DNA of 32,983 nucleotides from Gammaproteobacteria bacterium (GTDB taxonomy: Bacteria > Pseudomonadota > Gammaproteobacteria > SZUA-229). Positions 27,705-32,983 of this stretch are shown here, piece by piece. The first letter of the stretch is position 1. The number at the start of each line of letters is the position of its first letter. A program made the position numbers and the translations under genes. The stretch covers positions 1-32,983 of the forward strand of contig DROB01000121.1 of assembly GCA_011321985.1 (NCBI GenBank), given 5' to 3'. Under the pieces are notes generated by a model. The model saw only the letters and a list, made by a program, of their open reading frames with translations. It did not search any database and was not told the origin of the DNA.

Positions 27705-28661
27705 TTATGATTTCGGGTAGGTTTCAAATACAGAGAACAGTTGTTCCCAGTCGATGGGCCGGTCCTGTGAGAGCTCTCTGATCCAGTGCTCGGCTCTCTC
27801 CTGTTTATCTGCATCGGTCGCGGCATAGACGAGGTTTAATTTTTTCAATATCATCAGGCTATTTTTTATATCCCCCAGCTGTTGGCGGATAAATAATGCA
27901 CGCAGAAGTTTATCACCGGCTTCTTCGAATCTTTTTTTCTGGTAATCCAGGTCTGCCCACTGTGTCAGGTTGGCGGCGATGGCGGTCCGGTTAGCCAGAT
28001 TGCGCGATATGTTGAGTGATCTACTGAGGCGTTCAATTTTTTTGTTATTGTCTTCGTCCAGCTCTGCTTCGAAGCGCAGGATGCGGGCCAGATGTGAAGT
28101 AGTATTCTCCTGATTTTTATTTTGCAGGGCGCGGTATCGATCCAGCCATCGCTGTTTATCTTTGCCCTGGGAGAAAGCTATCAAGGTTCGATTCTTCAAT
28201 GCTGCCAGTCGTATCCCGATGCTTTTACTGGCCAGAGGGTTTTCCAGATCCTGGATCGCCTGCTGATAAAGCTGGTTTTTTATGGCTAATGTGGACTCGA
28301 CTAATTTCAGGTGATCATCCAGTTCATCGAGGGAAGCTTGCTCTATCACAGATCTAGCTTTTATCAGGTACTGGCTGGCGGCCTCGTTGTGATTATTTGC
28401 CATCAATGATTTGGTGATGTTCAGGCAGCTTTTGGCGATACCGGCCTGGTCATCGATACTCCTGTACTGCGCCAGTGCTTTTTTGAAGGTGTGGATGGCT
28501 CCAGGGTAATTATCGTTGTCGTATCTGATTATCCCCTGGTCCAGTAGCAGTGCCGGAGATGACAGTGATACGGGTAGCGGTTTTTTTTCAGGGCCACCGG
28601 AGCAGGCCGTTAATGCCAGCAGCATGATGATGAGAGAAGAGGGTTTATGATGCCATTTCAT
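27705..28661 (-). CDS. Lipoprotein with TPR-like helical repeats
   Basis: Signal peptide plus lipobox LTAC. The rest is all-helical repeat-like sequence (e.g. YPGAIHTFKKALAQYRSIDDQAGIAKSCLNITKSL, FEEAGDKLLRALFIRQQLGD). Confidence 0.65.
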   Translation of the reverse strand: MKWHHKPSSLIIMLLALTACSGGPEKKPLPVSLSSPALLLDQGIIRYDNDNYPGAIHTFKKALAQYRSIDDQAGIAKSCLNITKSLMANNHNEAASQYLIKARSVIEQASLDELDDHLKLVESTLAIKNQLYQQAIQDLENPLASKSIGIRLAALKNRTLIAFSQGKDKQRWLDRYRALQNKNQENTTSHLARILRFEAELDEDNNKKIERLSRSLNISRNLANRTAIAANLTQWADLDYQKKRFEEAGDKLLRALFIRQQLGDIKNSLMILKKLNLVYAATDADKQERAEHWIRELSQDRPIDWEQLFSVFETYPKS

Positions 28662-28677
28662 GATGCGTTAATCCTGT

Positions 28678-29694
28678 TCACTCTGAGGCTTCAGGTGAGG
28701 ATAGAGATTGTTTGGTGTCTTTGGGCATGCTGCTCGATAATGGCCAGATCTGTTGCGTGGCTTTTATGGTCTTATCGGCTTCCTCCAGTAGGGGTTTTAC
28801 CTTGTCTGTGAGTTCAGGTAGTTCATCGACCTGCTGCTGTATACTCTCTAATAACGTGCGGGTCTGCTCGGTGATGAGTTTGAGGTTGCTGACAGAGCTT
28901 GAGATATCCTGTTGCATCTGTTTATCATAGATCGAACTTCCCGCTGCACCATGGCCTTGCTGGATCTGATCGGTGATGTCTTTCAGATTACTTATGGTGC
29001 CTGTCATCTCCTGTTGCATCCCGTCATCATAGATAGCGTTGCCGGCAAAGCCTTTTCCCTGACGGATCTGCTCGGTGATGTCCTTCAGATTGTTACTGAT
29101 AGATGAAAGATTGCTGATATTGGTGCCGACCTGCCCGGGGTCGATCTCCTGCAGGATCTCATTCATGCGTTTGATGGAATCCTGTAATGCGCCCAGCACC
29201 GGTTCAAACTTTGCCACCAGCTTGACCAGGTTCAGTGACTCTTTTATGGGAAGGGTATCCCCATTTTCTATGATGGGTAATCTGGGGGAGCCGATAGAGA
29301 TCTCGATGACAGATTTACCCAGGAGAGCAAATTTAAAATTGAGTAGTTCGGCTATCGAATCTTTTCTTATCAGTTTCTGGTATTTTTTCAGTATCATCAT
29401 ACTGACGACGACATGGTTAGTGTCATCGATATTGACCTCGGATACGTGACCGACATTGAGTCCGGAGATGATGACATCGGTGTCTTCATTGACCGCCTGT
29501 ATCGAACTCATGGTGCCATATAAAGTTATCTCGTCCTCGAACAGGTTCTGTGTCTTTTGCGAGGTAAGCAATAACCAGACCAGCAGACCGATGGCGATCA
29601 ATACGAAACTACCTGCCAGTTTCTCCTGTGCAGAGTAACTCAGGCGGTGGATGTAATGTGCCCGTGTCCTGTTATTGCGTCTGTTGTCTGGCAT
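28678..29694 (-). CDS. MlaD/MCE-domain protein with a repeat-containing helical C-terminal extension
   Basis: N-terminal TM, then the MCE domain (ITLYGTMSSIQAVNEDTDVIISGLNVGHVSEVNIDD...VVVSMMILKKY...IRKDSIAELLNFKFALLGKSVIEISIG), then repeats and a coiled-coil-like tail. Confidence 0.85.
   Translation of the reverse strand: MPDNRRNNRTRAHYIHRLSYSAQEKLAGSFVLIAIGLLVWLLLTSQKTQNLFEDEITLYGTMSSIQAVNEDTDVIISGLNVGHVSEVNIDDTNHVVVSMMILKKYQKLIRKDSIAELLNFKFALLGKSVIEISIGSPRLPIIENGDTLPIKESLNLVKLVAKFEPVLGALQDSIKRMNEILQEIDPGQVGTNISNLSSISNNLKDITEQIRQGKGFAGNAIYDDGMQQEMTGTISNLKDITDQIQQGHGAAGSSIYDKQMQQDISSSVSNLKLITEQTRTLLESIQQQVDELPELTDKVKPLLEEADKTIKATQQIWPLSSSMPKDTKQSLSSPEASE
28864..29100 (-). repeat. In-frame tandem duplication of about 34-35 codons (2.3 copies) in the MCE protein C-terminal region
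   Basis: The units are ISNNLKDITEQIRQGKGFAGNAIYDDGMQQEMTGT / ISNLKDITDQIQQGHGAAGSSIYDKQMQQDISSS / VSNLKLITEQ. The nucleotide-level similarity is visible at 28912-29106. Confidence 0.8.
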
Positions 29695-30461
29695 TATGCT
29701 ATGGCTCGATTTCCCTGGCGGGTAATAAATTCACTGACGACAGGTATATCACAATCCAGTATCGCCTGCTTCGAATCGAAATGCAGCAGATTGTCCCTGC
29801 TGGTAAAAATAATCTTATCAGAGATAGCGAGTGCATAGGGTATATCGTGTGTCACGAATAAGAGTGACAGCCCTGTCCTGTTCTGCTTCTCCAGGAAAGT
29901 CTGAAACTGATATTTGCTATCGCTGTTAAAGTGGGCAAACGGATTGTTCAGTGCCAGCACATCCGGTTCCAGTAGCAGGGCTCGGGCGATGGCTATCTTA
30001 TAGCGTTGATCTTTGTCTATATAGGCAGGTAGATCATACAGGTTGATGTCCGGGTCGATATCGTTCAGTAGTGCCCGTGCTTTTTCTGTCAGTAACGGCT
30101 TGTCGAGCGTCGTCCTGTCGAGTCGATGATACAGTGCAGGAGCCAGTACATTAATCAGAGCATTCGCGGCGGACAGCAGCGCGGTATCCTCATGCAGATA
30201 GGCTACTCTCATGCGTGATAAGGCCCACTCTCTGGCACTGATGTCCAGGGTGTCCATGCCTTTTATGAGCACCTTGCCGGAGAGCTGGTCTTCCAGGCCG
30301 CAGATCGTTCTTATCCAGTTCCCCTTGCCGGAATAATTCGGCCCGATGATACTGACGACTTCTCCCGTGTTTATTTTGAGATCAAGCGCATCACCCTGAT
30401 AATCGAAAGGCAGTGCCTGTGGGATCAGGTCCTCGCACTGGATGAGGGTATCGGTCTGCAT
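29694..30461 (-). CDS. MlaF-like ABC nucleotide-binding-domain protein with degenerate catalytic motifs (putative pseudo-ATPase)
   Basis: The overall NBD layout is recognisable. Motif positions read: GPNYSGKGN (Walker A), AYLHEDTALL (Q-loop), YIDKDQRYKIAIARALL (signature), PDVLALNNPFAHFN (Walker B and D-loop), FVTHD (H-loop). It is coupled to both neighbouring genes. Confidence 0.75.
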   Translation of the reverse strand: MQTDTLIQCEDLIPQALPFDYQGDALDLKINTGEVVSIIGPNYSGKGNWIRTICGLEDQLSGKVLIKGMDTLDISAREWALSRMRVAYLHEDTALLSAANALINVLAPALYHRLDRTTLDKPLLTEKARALLNDIDPDINLYDLPAYIDKDQRYKIAIARALLLEPDVLALNNPFAHFNSDSKYQFQTFLEKQNRTGLSLLFVTHDIPYALAISDKIIFTSRDNLLHFDSKQAILDCDIPVVSEFITRQGNRAIA

Positions 30462-30463
30462 GA

Positions 30464-31270
30464 TCAGATGAAGATGGCGAGGGTTAATAGAGCATCGATA
30501 ACGAAGACGAAGCTGAGACTCTGTACGATAGAGGCTGTCGTTCTCTGTGGTACTTCGGTTGCAGAACTCTGCACACGCAGGCCGTTGTAACAGGCGACCG
30601 TGGCGATGACAAAACCAAAGATGATGTTTTTGACCACAAAAATACTTATCAGATATGGCGTGAATGAATTACTGATTTTGAAAATAAAATTGAAGTATGT
30701 CGGGTTGATGAGGACGGTGCTGATCAGTATCCCACTGAGCAGGGCGATTACGGTAAAATAAACAGTGATCGCCAGTTGTGATATAGCGGTGCTGATGATC
30801 CTTGGTGCTATCAGATAATCATTGATGTTGATGCCCAGGTTTTCCAGAGCTTCGATCTCGCCGTGTAATTTCATATTACCAAGGTCGACAACGATGGCAG
30901 ACCCGGTTCGGCTGATAATGATGATAGCTGCGAGGAAAGGACCAGCACTCAGGCAGATAACAGAGATGAGTAGATTGGTAATGTCTTCGGTGCCACCCAG
31001 CGTGTTGGAGATAGAGATGAGTCTGAAGGTGAAGATAAAACCGGTGGCCAGACCCAGGAAGGTGATGGTCGGTAACGCATCGACACCGGTAAATATAATC
31101 TGGGCGACTGTCGCCGAGTAGCTACGTGAATCGAATAATCTGTTTTTGTTAAACCAGTCTCGCAGTGCGAGCATACTAAACGTCATCAGATTGATGACGT
31201 ATAATACGTGGTGGATGATTTTTCGCCCTGGCCATCCGGTGATCGTGCTGACAATTTGAGACGCAGACAT
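30464..31270 (-). CDS. MlaE-family ABC transporter permease
   Basis: 268 aa. Family patterns present: SRTGSAIVVDLGNMKLHGEIEALENLGIN...IAPRI, KNIIFGFVIATVACYNGL, and the C-terminal IDALLTLAIF. Confidence 0.85.
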   Translation of the reverse strand: MSASQIVSTITGWPGRKIIHHVLYVINLMTFSMLALRDWFNKNRLFDSRSYSATVAQIIFTGVDALPTITFLGLATGFIFTFRLISISNTLGGTEDITNLLISVICLSAGPFLAAIIIISRTGSAIVVDLGNMKLHGEIEALENLGININDYLIAPRIISTAISQLAITVYFTVIALLSGILISTVLINPTYFNFIFKISNSFTPYLISIFVVKNIIFGFVIATVACYNGLRVQSSATEVPQRTTASIVQSLSFVFVIDALLTLAIFI

Positions 31271-31353
31271 ATTTATGATAACTGATCAGAATAGCCCTAA
31301 ATATATCATGATATTACGTGTGAAGTGGGCACAAAAATGTGCATAATAATGCT

Positions 31354-32475
31354 ATGTTGAAAAACCGCCTAAAATCGATATCTGCGGTATTGTTACTGGT
31401 CGTTTCCTGTAGCCAGATCGTCCATGCCGAGACGAAGGTTTATCAATATGATGGCAAGCTACCGTTCGTGCAGATGATGCTGAACATGATGGTGGCGATG
31501 GGTATTTTGGATCGCTTACCCGCTAACGGTGCTTACGGTGGGTTTTCGGCTTTTCCTTCATCACCCTGGTCGAGATTATCCAGTCCGTATACCCGGGCGC
31601 TCGCGATGCAGGGGATATCCTCTGGTCCGTTTTCACGTTTATCGGGGTTAAATAATTCAGACACGGCATGGGGCAGTCCTAGCTGGGGGGGCTTGCCGAT
31701 AGAGAGTTATACCACCAATAATTACCCGATATATGAGCAGCCGGGATTCTCTCGGACGTGGCAGTCGACGGAACTGGATGACTGGGTGAATGAGCCGTGG
31801 GAAACATCGGTATGGAACCCTGAAGCTGAAACCACGACACGGTTACCGCCATCGGCGATGCAGAAAGCGCCTCCGCCTCAACAGACGGTGCCACTGGTAC
31901 AGAACTTTAACTACAATGTCCCGGCGAGTGCCGTCACCCCGGTGCCGCCAGCCACCACGCAGGCACAAGCTGCGCGCAGACAGGTCAAGCGACAATCTCC
32001 TCTGTCCAGGCTGGCGCAGCCACGTAATACTGCTCGGCAACCGCAACCCCCGGGAAGTGCTGTAAAAAAGAGACAGCAGAAACCTTCACCATTGCGTAAA
32101 AAACTCAGGCAGAAGCCCTGTATCACTGAATTCTGTGGTCTGAAAAAACCGACCCTGAATGGGTTATGGGTGGCACAGAATGGTGAGATGCTGGGGGTCA
32201 AGAATCGACACTATCTATGGAGTGATAACCAATCACGTTACCTGACGGGGCGGCTAAAGGTGGAGAATGAATACCTGCTTGCCAGCGTAGACGGTTATGA
32301 TAACAAGTTGATGCGTTTCAAGTATAAACTGGCAGGCAATCATCTGTTGACGCTGCAGCCGGATGGCAAGATGCGTGAATTTGTTCGGGTGCCAGTCAGT
32401 CAGAAATCTAACCTTCAGAATTTTAATAACCAGATTTATAATAGTCAGAACTATAATAAACAGAGATACCGTTAG
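31354..32475 (+). CDS. Secreted or lipoprotein hypothetical protein: disordered P/Q/S-rich centre, small C-terminal beta-rich domain, N/Q-rich tail
   Basis: The signal peptide is MLKNRLKSISAVLLLVVSCSQIVHA, so either lipobox VVSC or cleavage after VHA. I recognised no family. I placed the start at ATG 31354. The track ORF opens at GTG 31339. Confidence 0.55.
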   Translation: MLKNRLKSISAVLLLVVSCSQIVHAETKVYQYDGKLPFVQMMLNMMVAMGILDRLPANGAYGGFSAFPSSPWSRLSSPYTRALAMQGISSGPFSRLSGLNNSDTAWGSPSWGGLPIESYTTNNYPIYEQPGFSRTWQSTELDDWVNEPWETSVWNPEAETTTRLPPSAMQKAPPPQQTVPLVQNFNYNVPASAVTPVPPATTQAQAARRQVKRQSPLSRLAQPRNTARQPQPPGSAVKKRQQKPSPLRKKLRQKPCITEFCGLKKPTLNGLWVAQNGEMLGVKNRHYLWSDNQSRYLTGRLKVENEYLLASVDGYDNKLMRFKYKLAGNHLLTLQPDGKMREFVRVPVSQKSNLQNFNNQIYNSQNYNKQRYR

Positions 32476-32557
32476 TAGCGGTGCCCTTTAATCGTCCAGA
32501 GGCACCCTGGAATAACCGGTGGGCTTTCGGCCCATGATCGCTACGTTACCTGTCGTT

Positions 32558-32983
32558 TCATCCATCTTCGAGAACCAGGTCTATTTCCTGCATACCTTTC
32601 TGTTGCTGAGTATAAGCGCGCATCTCCAGCACACCTTTGGTATTAAGGGAGATGATGAGATAGAACACATCCTTGTAACCACTTTCCTCAATATCCTGCC
32701 GTGAAGGAGATGCCACCGTGTCAGGATGTGAATGTATGATGGCAAAAAGTTGCTGGTTTTTATCGCGCATCTGTTTTATCGCTGATATCTGCTGTGGTGC
32801 GTCCATCAGGAAATGGCAGCGGGGATTTCTGGATACGTTTTCGATCGGGTAGTAGTCTTTCTGTTGTGTCGTGCTGTTGCCGATCAAGCCGCATACTTCT
32901 ACGTCAGGATTTTTTTGAGCATGTGCCAGAATTTTGTTGACCAGGGGGCGAGGTAGCGAAAGGTTTGCTGTGTCTGTCGGCAT
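32558..32983 (-). CDS. JAMM/MPN+ (Mov34/PAD-1, M67-family) metalloprotease
   Basis: The upstream Glu is in DVEVCGLIG, and the JAMM motif is HSHPDTVASPSRQD (H-x-H-x7-S-x2-D). 141 aa. The ATG is the last three bases of the window, so the upstream context is not visible. Confidence 0.8.
   Translation of the reverse strand: MPTDTANLSLPRPLVNKILAHAQKNPDVEVCGLIGNSTTQQKDYYPIENVSRNPRCHFLMDAPQQISAIKQMRDKNQQLFAIIHSHPDTVASPSRQDIEESGYKDVFYLIISLNTKGVLEMRAYTQQQKGMQEIDLVLEDG

Noticed and set aside
31319-31334. CRP-like site TGTGA-agtggg-CACAA upstream of the orphan secreted protein.
   Set aside because: The right half-site does not match TCACA at 6-nt spacing. A match (GCACA) appears only at 5-nt spacing.

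Overview
About 33 kb of what looks like a gammaproteobacterial chromosome. Supporting gene content: Rep helicase, AmpD, FeoABC including FeoC, CyaY, and mreBCD divergent from gatCAB. I call about 34 protein genes. I recognised no rRNA, tRNA, CRISPR array, transposase, integrase or phage gene. Most of the window is housekeeping: ampD, a LEA_2 lipoprotein, rep, an OmpA/RmpM-like protein, a GGDEF-EAL plus EAL-only pair, feoABC, mreBCD, gatCAB and cyaY. Four modules look accessory or poorly understood. (1) 26.6-31.3 kb holds a tightly coupled Mla/MCE-like operon: permease, ABC ATPase, MCE protein, TPR lipoprotein, selU. Its ATPase has lost Walker A, Q-loop, signature, Walker B and D-loop residues. 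This is my best candidate for something undescribed. (2) A PAQR/hemolysin-III gene overlaps a secreted protein carrying a phospholipase-A2-type CCxxHD motif, followed by a His-rich secreted protein. (3) A LysR regulator sits divergent from an internally duplicated 4-TM His-bearing membrane protein and a membrane-anchored protein with a C-terminal CxxCH (cytochrome c-prime-like). (4) A YfbK-like VWA lipoprotein is followed by an ECF sigma and a putative anti-sigma, with two notable hairpins. Non-coding DNA contains a Pseudomonas-style REP-like inverted pair and a short dispersed CCGCAGAG-type repeat. All calls come from reading the sequence and the translations by eye. No database search was run.
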